DNA of 64,000 nucleotides, from the NCBI RefSeq assembly GCF_006345805.1, contig NC_043015.1, positions 26,908,001 through 26,972,000 on the forward strand. Direction: 5' to 3'. The notes beneath the pieces were generated by a model. That model did no database searches and had not been told where the DNA came from. It saw nothing but the letters and a program-made list of their open reading frames with translations. A program made the position numbers and the translations under genes. Shown piece after piece: positions 26,138 to 38,739 of the stretch; position 1 is the stretch's first letter; each line of letters opens with the position of its first letter. This stretch comes from Octopus sinensis. Its lineage: Eukaryota.

Positions 26138-26690
26138 ATTGAGTGCATGCCTTCAAAGTGACACTGGGTTAAAATATACGAAGCCCAGTATACTCATCAT
26201 GATTACTCATTGGATAAGGGTACACCAGCACATCCATCACAACGATATGTGTGCGACAGTGCGACATGGAGATCTCATCATATCTTGATAAACAGCGCAT
26301 GACCCTGCAGGTGGGACCTAGTTAGAATTTTGTTCATGCTGATCAGCCCATCACGCTCGAACGGTCCTTGAGTAAAGGCTATTTAAAGATATTAAACGAA
26401 ACACCCATGTTTCCAGAAGTGAATTATCCAAATTCCAAAGGATTCCCCTCAACACATGGCAGTCATGCTCTCCCATTACTTCTGCTCGTGATCAGAGATG
26501 CACATATCGTCAGCCACTAAGGGACATGCTCAACTGGATAAGGTTAAGCAACTGACAAGCAAATCTGTGGTATTGAGCAGAATATTTACTGTGACCCAGA
26601 CAAAACAATGTACATGATAACACTTCCAATAAGTTAAGATCAGAAGCCACGAGAGCCACCGCCTGGTTCTGCATCAGGAAATATCTTTGT
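26138..26690. repeat. Unclassified interspersed repeat, copy 2
   Basis: Collinear with 11933-12452. Confidence 0.75.
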
Positions 26691-26960
26691 TATTACCGTC
26701 ATCATCTTCCTCATTGCTATTCTCATTATCGACGTTGTTATGATGATAATGATGATGATGACGTGATGGCTATGATGATGCAGATGCTGAGACTTTTCCG
26801 CTCCACCCATATCCACCTATTTACCTCGATGTCTACTTCCCATTCTTTGTTTTCTTATTGTTCTCAAGATTCGGTCTTCTAGTTTTCCGTATATCTCGAC
26901 TTTCCTCCTTCCTTTCTCCTTTTCCATTTTCATTAATAGTAGCTCCTCCTGCTCCTCAGC

Positions 26961-27004
<44 letters not shown>

Positions 27005-27026
27005 GCGACGACAACGACAACGGCTG

Positions 27027-27097
<71 letters not shown>

Positions 27098-27437
27098 ACG
27101 TCGTGCGATACTAATATATACATAAATTCCCCTGTCTCCGATATCCAAAGAAGGAAAAAAATTCGTGTTTGAAAACATACCACAGCTACGTTGTTGATGC
27201 TCGTGAAAAACATAAGCAGGTTCTGTGAATGTGTGTGTGTGTTTGCCTGTTTGTGTTTGTTTGTGTGCTTGTGTCTGTGTGTATATATGTGTGTGTGTGT
27301 GTATGTGTGTGTATTTTATGTATACATATTTATGCTTGTGTATATATTGATGTTGATATATAGATATATGCACACGCAATTACACATATTGAATATATAT
27401 ATATATATATATACACATATTGAATATATATATAATG

Positions 27438-27640
27438 TGACCTCGTGTGTACCGTTGGCGATTCTTTCCTCTGTCTTCCCTTCTCTGGATCTTTCGTTCT
27501 CCTATGTTTCCGACAAAGAGCTCCGCTCGAAACGTTAAACCCTCCTTCTTTCCTTCTTTCCTGAGCGTCCAATAATACTATATTTGTTCCACGTCCTCGC
27601 GTTGTTGTGTTTCTTTGTGCTTTCTTGTTTGGATTAACTA
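27438..27640 (+). mobile_element. ~200-bp hammerhead-bearing repeat (Penelope-like/retrozyme-type), degenerate core at 27506-27540
   Basis: Reverse-complement copies at 31460-31665 and 44740-44876; GAGC-TCC-GCTC-GAAACGTT. Confidence 0.6.
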
Positions 27641-27659
27641 TATATATATATATAATATA

Positions 27660-27709
<50 letters not shown>

Positions 27710-27994
27710 TATACATAAATATAGGGATGGTATTATTAAAATACCATCACAAGTGGTAAGCGAACTATCAGCCGTACAGGCAAATTGATAAAATATGTAC
27801 ATGCAATATTAGATATGTACATATATACACAAGGGTACTACATAAGTACTTATATCGCTAACGATAAAAGTCAAAAAATACTTCTGTACCACCGAATAGT
27901 CACAAATCTATAACAGGCAAGATAGAAAAAAAAATCAGTGAACAATAATAATGTCTTACCTCAAATGGGTCAGAACAAGTAAATGCTGGTCAAC

Positions 27995-28050
27995 CTGGTA
28001 CCGGTTTCGAAATTTAGCGCCAAATAGGCGCGTGATTTCTCACCAGCCAA
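27995..28050 (-). ncRNA. Type I hammerhead motif (A6G variant)
   Basis: ttgg-CTGGTGA-gaaat..gcgcc..ggcgc..atttc-GAAAC-CG-GTA-ccag. Confidence 0.6.
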
Positions 28051-28301
28051 AGTCTGCCAGCTAAATAACTACAAACATATACATACATATATAGGAGTAT
28101 TTAAGTAGGTGAATGAATTATCCTAGTATGGACAATTCGGTTAACCGATACCCGGGTAGCAAATTCACGTCGGAAAACACGGTTGAAGCTACATGCCAGG
28201 GGCAGAAATCACGTGTTTTCGTGTGGAAATTTGTGTGTTTTTTTAACAATAAATAAGTGAAAGAATGGAGTCGAACGACGATTTTAACAAAATTCCTTTA
28301 T

Positions 28302-28382
28302 TCTCGACATATGTTTCGAAGACTGCATATTCTTAATTCCGAAGGAATAAAGGGTGCATTATGCCGCCTTCTCATCAGGAAA
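28302..28382 (-). ncRNA. Type I hammerhead ribozyme motif, left arm
   Basis: Reverse complement of the 28450-28530 motif; core intact. Confidence 0.8.
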
Positions 28383-28449
28383 GACAAGGAACTTAGACAA
28401 GTCATCTAAAAGTTTTTGTTCGTCATGATGCTGACATAGGTTCCTTGTC

Positions 28450-28530
28450 TTTCCTGATGAGAAGGCGGCATAATGCACCCTATATTCCTTCGGAATTAAG
28501 AATATGCAGTCTTCGAAACATATGTCGAGA
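28450..28530 (+). ncRNA. Type I hammerhead ribozyme motif with extended stem II
   Basis: tttc-CTGATGA-gaaggcggcata...tatgcagtcttc-GAAAC-ATAT-GTC-gaga; predicted cut after 28526. Confidence 0.82.
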
Positions 28531-28577
28531 ATACAGGAATTTTGTTAAAATCGTCGTTCGACTCCATTCTTTCACTT

Positions 28578-28614
<37 letters not shown>

Positions 28615-28718
28615 CCGGAGTAAACACATAAATGTGAAACAAGGCGGAAAAAAGAGTACTCAAATACCAGTGGTAGAGTAATATACTTTATTTAAAGCAG
28701 CAGAAAATTCAACAAAAC

Positions 28719-28756
28719 ATGTTACTCTGAGTTTCACGTTGCCATTCGTCGGACAG
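28719..28756 (-). ncRNA. Minimal hammerhead motif (U4C variant) in a repeat shared with 20572-20822
   Basis: ctgt-CCGACGA-atg-gcaa-cgt-GAAAC-TCAGA-GTA-aca. Confidence 0.55.
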
Positions 28757-29034
28757 TTTTTGCTAGAATAGAACCGATATGTCAATATATATATCCAGAT
28801 GAATGGAATATATTTACCTGGCGAAGTACAGTAATTAAGCACCAAATTCAGTCCTCCAGTTGGCATCGATTTATAATGTCAAAAAAGTTTCAATGTGCTC
28901 GTCTTAGTAAAATTATCTCATTTGGTTTTAAACATCCTTGGAGGGAGTTTCATCGTATTATCAATTGCTTGGACAATCTGAGGTAATCGAAACTCTTCAA
29001 CTCACAATGTAACATTTACTGTTCGTGGTCCTGT

Positions 29035-29185
29035 TTCGTCTGAGTTCAAATTCAGCTGAGGTCAACTTTGCCTTTCATCCTTTCGGGGTCGATAAAGTAA
29101 TTACCTGTTGCGAACTGGGATCAATCTAATCGACAGGACCCCACCAAAAAAAGTTCGGGCCTTATGCCTAGAGTAGAAAAGAATA
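29035..29185 (+). mobile_element. 5'-truncated SINE, family 2, with TSD
   Basis: SINE core; flanking direct repeat TCGTGGTCCTGT at 29023-29034 and 29192-29203. Confidence 0.8.
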
Positions 29186-30128
29186 TATTGATCGTGGTCC
29201 TGTCAATTACATTTCGGCATACTGATCTTGTTAAAATTATCTCCCTTGCTTCCTGTTTCTAGGGTTTAAACATATTAGGAGGGAGTTTCATTGAATTATC
29301 AATTGCGTGGATAATCTGAGGTGACTGAATCTATTCAACACACGTTTTAACGTATGTGTGTGTTGGTGTCGTTTGTGCATTTTATATAGAGAATGCCTCT
29401 CCACCTCCTCCGATATTATTTCGCCTTCGGCCATTTTGTTATCGTTACTATTCATAATCAATGTTGCCGACACATGTGGAACGCTTCTGTATTTGAAACC
29501 GTTGAATTGTGTGTGTGTGTCTGTATGTGTATGTGTGTTTGCGTGTGCATGTGTGCGTGTGTGTATGTGTGTGTGTTTTGTTGATGTGTTTACGTGCCTC
29601 TGTGAGTGTATATGGACATGTGTGCGTATGTATATATGTGTATGCGTAAGTGCATTGTGTGTAGATTACGGAGAGCGTGTGTGTGTGTGTTTTGTAGATT
29701 TGATTATCTGGCATCCGCGCGTGTGTGTGTGTGAAGGGGAGGGCGTATTTGTGCGCAGGTAAGCGTGTGTTAATTCATGCATTCGCATGTGTTTGTGTAA
29801 ATACCTGTGTGTGTGTGTCTTTTCGCACAGATGTACGTGCTTATACCGACGTGTGTGATTGTGTTTAGGAGAATGCAGCTTTATGTTAATGTGCGTGATT
29901 GTATAACCATAGGTAAGATTGTCGTTGTGTGTGTGCTCGTGTTGTTTACGTACATGTGTGTGTGGGTTGGGGGGGGGTCGTGCGTGCGTTGAAAATATTT
30001 ATCTTTCTGGATAAGGAATTAATTATTATTCCGATCAAATTTCTGCTTCCTTACATCACACAATTGTGGAGATATAAAATATTCGCGTTAACACACACAC
30101 ACATACACACACAGACACACACACACAC

Positions 30129-30160
<32 letters not shown>

Positions 30161-30729
30161 GCATGCACGCACGCATTCGCACACACATGTATGCACATCT
30201 ACATACGAACATGAATTTGTCACAGTTGACAGTTTGGACTCTGTTTTACTTAGGCGATAGTCATGGTGTAGATAAGACAATATTCATCTCCTTGTAATGT
30301 AGTGGGATAACTTGCGTCCCCCCCTCTCTCTCTCTCTCTGCGTTAGTGTTTGTGGTAGAGTAATACTCCTTGGAAAACCTATTAGTTTCACGACCACAAT
30401 TATCTCTATGTGGCTGGTCGCTCGTCCAACAAGAAATAACCAGGTTATGTGAGATGAGCTCCCCTCTTAGAGACAAAACTTACCCCTTCGTTAAAGGTCC
30501 ACTGGATCATAGATGACCTGGATCTGGACAAAATTAACACAATGTAGTGCGCACGCGCGTGTGTACTACTGTGTATGTGTAAGTGTGAATATACTTATGT
30601 ATATATCTGTATTTTATCACTCTCTCCTTCTCTCTCTCTCATTCTCTCTCTCTCATTCTCTCTCTTTTTATGTATATATCTGTGTGTATATGTGTTTGTG
30701 TGTATCTATTCATATCTATCTATGTACTA

Positions 30730-31110
30730 TCGGGTTTCTTTCGCCCCTTTAGAATTGGAATTTTCGAAAAAATAAAAATTTTGCATTATGTAGCTTGTTA
30801 TTCTCTTTAAGTGAACATTTTTCTGGTTGAAATACACCGAAAAATGGCGATACAGTAGTCAAAAAATTGTAAAAAATAGGGATTTTCATAGAAAAAAAAG
30901 CACCTTTTTGATGTAAATAATTTTTGGTGTTAACATGGTCCGATTTGAATTTTTTCTTCTACGGAAGGAAGAGCAAGCCTTCTTCTATCATACTCTCAAC
31001 TTGCTCGCAGGGTCTCGGAGGAGATAGTGTTAGTTGAGGGCTACCAAACCTGCCATACTTCAGCTTTATACATACAGACAACTTCAGCTTTATACATATA
31101 TATAGATAGA
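30730..31110 (-). mobile_element. Non-autonomous Helitron-like element fragment
   Basis: Reverse strand begins TCTATATATATGTATAAAGCTGAAGTTGTCTG, like the 5' ends at 33098 and 36145. Confidence 0.45.
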
Positions 31111-31411
31111 TATATACACACACACTCACACATATGCCGCGATATAGCTAACATCGAGTCCCGTTTTGGTACGCGATATTAAACACAATTCACAAAAATG
31201 ACGAAGCGTCGATGTCTTTCCCTTCTTAATGGGGTCATATGATAGCTATCTCGCTTGCCTATAGTTTCCAGCTGTTTTAAACACCAAGCGAATTGACGTA
31301 TTCTCCTACGCCTATAATTACAGCTCGTCCACGAACTATCAAAATATATATCTTGTATATGGGTGTTCGATATTGCTCATATATATATATATACGTATGT
31401 ATGTATGTATA

Positions 31412-31448
<37 letters not shown>

Positions 31449-31560
31449 TTATTTATAAAGTTAATCCAAACATGCAAACACAAAGAGAAAACACAACAAC
31501 GCGAGGACGTGGAACAAGTATAGCGTTATTGGACGTTCAGGAAAGAAAGAAAGAAGAAGG

Positions 31561-31595
31561 ATTTAACGTTTCGAGCGGAGCTCTTCGTCAGAAAC
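31561..31595 (-). ncRNA. Minimal hammerhead motif with intact core, inside repeat 31460-31665
   Basis: gttt-CTGACGA-a-gagc-tcc-gctc-GAAACGTT-aaat; stem III reduced to palindrome AACGTT. Confidence 0.65.
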
Positions 31596-32007
31596 ATAGG
31601 AAAAGGAAAGATCCAAGGAAGGAAAGGCGAAGGAAAAAAATCGCCAACGATACACACGCGGTCATATATATATCCCAAGCTTTATTTAATTTCCTTTGCG
31701 GGAAGGACTGTTACAATGAAGTCGCGCCTTGTCCTTGCCTTCCAAGGTGGACAACTGAAGAAGGGGAATATCCTTTATGTTGTATGTTTCGTTTCTCAGT
31801 TTGTTTTTTTCGTTTTTCGAAACAAAGTTTGTTTCTATGTTTTTGTTTTCATGTTTTCGCTTCTCATTGTGTTCAACGTTTCTTTATGTCCTGTACCAAT
31901 ATATGCATGTATATATACATACATCTGTAGGTATGTACATATATGTATGTATATATGCAAATATTTATATATCATTTATAGTATTGTATATATATATATT
32001 GTATATA

Positions 32008-32989
32008 TCTCTCTTATTATAAAAGGCAGATTTTATCTGCCTCCCTTTGTCAGTTATAGAAATCTACAATATAGGATTTCTTCAATTACAATTTACCTAG
32101 CATTTTTAAGAGTAGAGTGCATCGGGTCATGCCAGGTCCAGTTTTTAAAATTTAAACTCCAATTAAGCAAAATTTACAGAAAACTCACATTCTGGTGTGT
32201 ATGTCAAATGCTTTTCTTAATGTGGTTTACACCACACGCAAACGCACACACACACAAACGGAGCGAACTGTTTCACTGACGCTATCACCCTTCTCCTCCT
32301 TTGTCTTTGCAAGTTTGCAGCTATTAAAGTGAAAACAGTGAATCCGACAGCGATAAAGAAAACGAATTAGCACCTGAATGGAGTGAAAATTTAAAAACTG
32401 TTTCTTTCGGTGATTTTTCTGAAGAAACTGCATCAAGCCACAGACTTACCCAGAAGAGTAAAGCCTTAGACTATTTATTTTTACTTTTTCGAATGAGCCT
32501 ATTTGAAATCATTACGGCAGAAACGAACCGTTACGCTAAACGTAAACAAAACGAAAGAAAGGATAGTTTGTTATTTCCCACAACCTTAAATGAAATTAAG
32601 GCCTATTTTGCCATAAATATTATTATGGGTATCAGAAAGTTACCCAGAATAACAAATTCTATCGTAAAATTTTGTTGTATACCCAATTGAATATTAGCTA
32701 ATAACCCATTTTCTATAGCGATGTTTGAACAAAATTTTAATAATTTTATATATTGTTGAATTTACCTGTATCTACCGGCAATTAGAGTCACTTTGTGACA
32801 AAAATTATAGTATAGAATTGGTTGAGGACATTTCATTAAATTATCTTCCAAAATTCACGTTAATATATTGATAAATAAAAAAGTTATTGTTGTTTAATGA
32901 AACCAGACTAAATTTATGATTACGTTAGAAATTAATTGAAACACATAAGGGGTGTATTTTGGTCAGAAATATAGTAACGAAAGGGTTAA
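32008..32989 (+). mobile_element. Helitron-like 5' segment followed by a piggyBac fragment
   Basis: 32008-32256 repeated at 34819-35060; piggyBac-like peptide at 32493-32690; ends AGGG-TTAA. Confidence 0.6.
32493..32690 (+). pseudogene. piggyBac-type transposase fragment
   Basis: ETNRYA...TTLNEIKAYFAINIIMGIRKLP matches the TNxYA / ExxAF...MG...LP pattern. Confidence 0.75.
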
Positions 32990-33097
32990 GAAAAACCAAA
33001 AAATATTTCATTCTTTATAAATGTTTTATACAAAATAACATTTTCTTTTAAGAATGTGTATATAACAAAGTATATGTATATAACTACGTGACTTATA

Positions 33098-33492
33098 TCT
33101 TTATATATAAGAGTGAAGTTGTGTGTCTGTCTCCTACGATTTAGATTTCTAACTACTCCCACATTTTGCGGTGCAGTTTAACCAAAACCGGGTATCTTAT
33201 AGTCGTGAGTCATATCGAGCACTTCTGGGTATTAGCGCGCGTCTATGATGAGTCTACGATTTTAAAAAAATTACCATAATATTTTTCCATTTTAATGCAT
33301 TTTTTCGCTATTATATAAGGGAAGTAACTCTCTAAAAATATCTACGATGTGTCAACGATTTAAAAAGAAATTTACCTTAATTTTTTTTCCATTTTTAATG
33401 CATTTTTTTCCTATTTTTTGGCTATAACTCTCTAAAAATGCTTATATAGTTATTTCCCTTACAAACCCAAGCAACAAAGGCGATACTGCTAG
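33098..33492 (+). mobile_element. Non-autonomous Helitron
   Basis: 5' TC, 3' CTAG, between A and T; sister of 36145-36780. Confidence 0.8.
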
Positions 33493-33514
33493 TATATATA
33501 TATATATATATACG

Positions 33515-33579
<65 letters not shown>

Positions 33580-33851
33580 CAACAATTGAGGGTAAAATTA
33601 ATTAATTAATCAATTTCACCAAGTATTCAGTATGCCATTTAAGGCGAATTAAAATTATTACATTATATAAAAGGGCTTAGTAAAATAAATTACTTTGCCG
33701 CATACTGAACTCATTAGAACTAGCAGCTAAAAAAACTTTTTTAAAACTATTTCTAATACTTAAAGAAAACCTCTCTCATATAGTGTTTGCTCAATTCAAC
33801 TCACGCAAATATGGGGGTAGAGACATTAAAAAATCAAGTGCAAAGGTTATT

Positions 33852-33903
33852 TGAGAACGTACGTTTCAAGATTAGTCAACACGACATTTCTATCATCAGC
33901 TCA
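33852..33903 (-). ncRNA. Type I hammerhead motif
   Basis: Reverse complement of 34474-34525. Confidence 0.7.
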
Positions 33904-34473
33904 GAACTCCCTGGTTTGGATTTGAAAACACTGAAAGTGGGAGCATACCCTCTCGGCCTCCTCTCGCTTCCGAAGATCTGCTCGTAACTAACAGTGCCAA
34001 CAAACCCAAAAATGCAAGCGAAGAATTTCTGCTCTCCCCTTTCCACCAGCGTGGGTTAAAAAAGTTAAAAAAGTTTTTAAAAAGTTTTTTTAGCTGCTAG
34101 TTCTAATGAGTTCAGTATGCGGCAAAGTAATTTATTTTACTAAGCCCTTTTATATAATGTAATAATTTGAATTCGCCTTAAATGGTCCCTTTGCATACTG
34201 AATACTTGGTGAAATTGATTAATTAATTAATTTTACCCTCAATTGTTGAAATTATAATTCATCTCTCTCTATATAATGCCGCGGACTTTACCGAAAAAAT
34301 CATAGTGTTTACTGATTTTAACCCACGCTGGTGGAAAGGGGAGAGCAGAAATTCTTCGCTTGCATTTTTGGGTTTGTTGGCACTGTTAGTTACGAGCAGA
34401 TCTTCGGAAGCGAGAGGAGGCCGAGAGGGTATGCTCCCACTTTCAGTGTTTTCAAATCCAAACCAGGGAGTTC

Positions 34474-34525
34474 TGAGCTGATGATAGAAATGTCGTGTTG
34501 ACTAATCTTGAAACGTACGTTCTCA
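34474..34525 (+). ncRNA. Type I hammerhead motif
   Basis: tgag-CTGATGA-taga..gtc..gac..tctt-GAAAC-GTAC-GTT-ctca; palindromic AACGTACGTT. Confidence 0.7.
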
Positions 34526-34716
34526 AATACCTTTGCACTTGATTTTTTAATGTCTCTACCCCCATATTTGCGTGAGTTGAATTGAGCAAACACTATATGA
34601 GAGAGGTTTTCTTTAAGTATTAGAAATAGTTTTAAAAAAGTTTTTTTAGCTGCTAGTTCTAATGAGTTCAGTATGCGGCAAAGTAATTTATTTTACTAAG
34701 CCCTTTTATATAATGT

Positions 34717-34760
<44 letters not shown>

Positions 34761-34768
34761 TACACACA

Positions 34769-34818
<50 letters not shown>

Positions 34819-34819
<1 letters not shown>

Positions 34820-35060
34820 CTTATTATAAAAGGCAGATTTTATCTGCCTCCCTTTGGGAGTTATACAAATCTACAATATAGGATTTCTTCAATTACAATT
34901 TACCTTACATTTTTAAGAGTACAATGCATCGCGTCATGCCAGGTCCAGTTTTTAAAATTTAAACTCCAATTAAGCAAAATTTACAGAAAACTCACATTCT
35001 GGTGTGTGTATCAAATGCTTTTCTTAGTCTGGTTTACACCCACGCAAACGCACACACACA
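34819..35060 (+). mobile_element. Helitron-like 5' segment, second copy
   Basis: Near-identical to 32008-32256. Confidence 0.6.
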
Positions 35061-35281
35061 GTGGGCAACGAATAAAGTGAAACTAGATGTAATATTTGTT
35101 TCTCTCTATCACGCTGATAGATACATGAGTAAAATGTATGGGAAGCTAACACATAAGTGTGAGTGAAAATGTTCTTGGAAGAGAGTAAATAGCCAGAGAT
35201 AGTGATTTGAGGAAGACTTTTCATTAAATAACCGTAGTGGCTTGTGTTAGTAATAAAGTAAACATACACTCATACATACAT

Positions 35282-35314
<33 letters not shown>

Positions 35315-35381
35315 TACATACATACATACACACACACATACATACATACACACATACATACATACATATACATACATACAT

Positions 35382-35412
<31 letters not shown>

Positions 35413-35868
35413 TACACACACACACAGTATTGAAGCTTGAGAACAATCAGATACATTTGCAACACATCAGTTGAAAATATTATTGTTCACACACATACAT
35501 ATACATATATACATACAGACAGACAGACAGATAGACACACACACACACACACATGATCCAGCATGGCCACAACCTCAAGGCTGAAACATATAAAAGAATA
35601 ACAGAATATAAATGTGTGCATCTGTGTGAGAGAGAGAGAGTGTGTGTGTATATGTATGTATGTATGTAGTATGTATGTATGTATATATATATAATAATGC
35701 GGTTTTTTCAACAGCTTGAACTAAAAGTCAGAGGGGAATGGGATAAACTACTTATATTAACTTGCTATAAAAGCAGGTAGTAATTTTATCTTGTCCTTAT
35801 TCATAGTGCAAGTTTTGAAGAGTGCATTTCGATTTTAACAGCTATTTTTTTCAAAGCTATATTGGAAC

Positions 35869-36123
35869 AGCCTAGAAGACGAGCCTCATCCTGAAAGATC
35901 TGTAGAACTCGACAAGGACATCCTGAAAACCCTGGTGGAACAAAATCTCATCGTAACTGTTGAGGAACTAGCAGAGAAGCTTGGATTTGGTCATTCAACC
36001 ATTCATTGAGACCTGTGTGCTATCGGAAAAGTCAGCAAATTGGGTCAATGGGTTCCTCACGAACTTTCCGAGTCTAATTGCATGCAGAGAGTGAATGTAT
36101 GCTTTTCTTTGCTGTCACATCTC
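35869..36123 (+). pseudogene. Mariner transposase fragment
   Basis: LEDEPHPERS...TVEELAEKLG...LGQWVPHEL (WVPHEL motif). Confidence 0.85.
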
Positions 36124-36144
36124 AACACTACTGCGCTATGTATA

Positions 36145-36780
36145 TCTGTATATATAAAACTGTAGTTGTGTGAGTGTCTGTCCCCTTCGATTTAGATTCC
36201 TAACTACTCCCACATTTTGCGGTGCAGTTTAACCAAATTCGGGTAGCTTATAGTCGTGATTCATATCGAGCCCGTCTGAGTATTAGCGCGCGTCTACGAT
36301 GAGTCTACGATTTTAAAAATAATTTAACATCATTTTTTATTCCATTTTAATGCATAATTTTTCGTGTGTCGATGGCGGCGGAGTTGGCGTCCACGCTCAC
36401 ACCTGCACCTGTGGGGAAGGGAGTGTAAGGAAATCAACGTCGTAATGCGTTGTCAAGGAGACCAGCGTTCTTTTAGAACAACGACTTCATGGCTTGAAGA
36501 CACCAAAACAGAAATGGCTAAGAAAGCGTCTACATGAGTCTACGATTTAAAAAAAATTTACCATCGTTTTTTTTCCATTTTAATGCATTTTTTCGCTATT
36601 ATATAAGGGAAGTAACTCTCTAAAAATGTCTACGATGAGTCAACGATTTTTCTAAAAATTTACCATCATATTTTTTCCATTTTTAATGCATTTTTTGCTA
36701 TTTTTTGGCTATAACTCTCTAAAAATGCTTATATAGTTATTTCCCTTACAAACCCGAGCAACGCCGGGCGATACTGCTAG
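36145..36780 (+). mobile_element. Non-autonomous Helitron
   Basis: 5' TC; 3' hairpin CCCGAGCAACGCCGGG then CTAG followed by T. Confidence 0.85.
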
Positions 36781-37220
36781 TATATATATAAAACTGAGAA
36801 TGTGTATGTCTGTCTGTCTGTGTGAATCCCTAAAACTTGACAACTACACAACCAATTTCATTCAAATTTTATACATGCCTTACTTAGGGACCATGTAGTG
36901 TCATGGGCAAAACATTTGTAACTTCTTCCCTGGGCGAGCCCACAGCAATATCATATCTTCTCCACTATTTCAGTATTACGTGTTAAAGTGAAAGAAAACA
37001 TCTCTGTTGTAATGTCAGATACTTTCACTTTAATACTGAAACTATTAATTAAAGTGAAACTATTATATAACAGGGATGAACACCCATATATAACAGGGAT
37101 GGACACCCATTCTGCTAGAAGAAGATCCGCTATGGTCTTATATGCTACACCACTGGTTTTAAATTCATACTATCAAATTAATATTCAAGTTTTCACCCTT
37201 ATTATTTTACATTTTAATTT
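36781..37220 (+). mobile_element. Helitron-like 5' fragment abutting the previous element
   Basis: TATATATAAAACTG..GTCTGTCTG start; shares GTATTACGTGT.AAAGTGAAAG with the 7070 Helitron. Confidence 0.55.
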
Positions 37221-37233
37221 ACATGTATGTATG

Positions 37234-37339
<106 letters not shown>

Positions 37340-37552
37340 CATATACATATATATATATATATAGATGTATACATATAGATGTATACATATAGATGTATAT
37401 ATATATAGATGTATATATATATATATACATGTATATATATGGATGTATATGTATACATGTATATGTATACATTTGTGTGTAGATGTATATATATAGATGT
37501 ACATGTAATATGTACACATATATACACCCATACACACATACACACACATACA

Positions 37553-37900
37553 TAGGTGCAGGTGTGGCTGTGTGGTAACAAACTTGGTTCCAAAACACAT
37601 GGTCCTCAGTTCAGTCCCACTGTGTGGTAACTTGGCATGTGTCCTCTGCTATAGCCTCAGACCTACCAGAGCCTTGGCAGTGGATTTTGTAGACAGAAAC
37701 TGAAAGAAAGCAATTGTATATATATATGTATGTATATATATAAGTCTATGTGTGTGTTTCTCCCTCATTACAGCTTCACAACTGGTGTTCGCTTATTTAC
37801 ATCCCCATAACTTACTGGTTTCACAAGAAGAAACTGATAGAATAAGTACCAGGCTTATCAAAATAAAAAAAAGCACTAGGCAGTGTCTCATAAATTTGTT
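37553..37900 (+). mobile_element. Uninterrupted, diverged SINE family 1 copy
   Basis: GGTGCAGGTGTGGCTGTGTGGTAA...GTTCAGTCCCAC...GAAACTGAAAGAA; target site mutated (AACAAACTTGGTTCC). Confidence 0.8.
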
Positions 37901-38121
37901 TGCCCACTCAGTTGTATCTATCAATTTATCTTTGTATGTGTGTATGGGTGTGTGTGTGTTGTGTGTGTATATATATATATATATATATGGACAGCTATAT
38001 GCTAAAAGTAGATCACATGCGATCAAAACTACCAAAAATACATGTTCTCCAGAGAAAATTCAACGAACACCAGAACATAGGCGGGCAAGACAGATGAAAA
38101 TTATATAAAAATCAAGAATTA

Positions 38122-38195
38122 ATCGTATACCGATTTCGTCTATTACCGAATAAATTACTTACGTAATCCTTCGTCCGTTGATTCATCAATACGAT
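38122..38195 (-). ncRNA. Type I hammerhead motif (C3U, degenerate copy)
   Basis: atcgta-TTGATGA...GAAAT-CG-GTA-tacgat. Confidence 0.55.
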
Positions 38196-38665
38196 CGTTC
38201 CAAAAACAATATAATTAGTAAAACTAACCACCAGTTTTCTGCATAAAAACCAGACACGTGCTTAGTTCTACCGATTACATTGGGGTTAATTTCAAATATC
38301 TGAGTTCTGGCGCGCTAAATTCCGGAAACAAATTCTGCAGCAAATAATGTACTGCAGTTAATGTTGCCTATTAGAGAATATAATTATTTTAACATTTAAA
38401 TAATGAGGGAGGTAAATTGAATATTAATTTAATTAATATCAATTTAAAACCAGTAGCCTAGCATATAAAAATCTGAAAACTCAGAGAAAATTCCAATACA
38501 TGTGTATATTTAGGGCAAAAAAACCACCATCTGGACAACCATATGCTAGAAGTAGATAATATACGATCAAAACTATAAAGAAAAAATGTTCTCCAGAGAA
38601 AATTCAACGAACACCAGAGCATAGGCGGGCAAGACAGATGAAAATTATATAAAAATCAAGAATTA

Positions 38666-38739
38666 ATCGTATACCGGTTTCGTCTATTACCGAATAAATT
38701 ACTTACGTAATCCTTCGTCCGTAGATTCATCAGTACGAT
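38666..38739 (-). ncRNA. Type I hammerhead ribozyme motif
   Basis: atcgta-CTGATGA-atcta...tagac-GAAAC-CG-GTA-tacgat; 6-bp stem I. Confidence 0.8.

Larger units (their letters stand above)
28254..28578. repeat. 139-bp inverted repeat (2 mismatches, 47-nt spacer) with a hammerhead in each arm
   Basis: 28254-28392 versus 28440-28578. Confidence 0.95.
33577..34721. repeat. Inverted plus partial-tandem duplication of a ~556-nt hammerhead-bearing unit (Penelope-like arrangement)
   Basis: 33577-34062 is matched in reverse by ~34075-34251 and ~34316-34721; GCTGCTAG recurs at 34093 and 34649. Confidence 0.88.

Noticed and set aside
31750-31800. CTGAAGA plus hairpin as a hammerhead (similarly CTGATGA near 20168 and 44539, and CTGAAGA near 16148)
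   Set aside because: No downstream GAAA/NUH or closing stem I.
33787-34593. Duplicated 66-67 aa ORFs on opposite strands
   Set aside because: A by-product of the inverted repeat; non-ATG starts and no recognisable domain.
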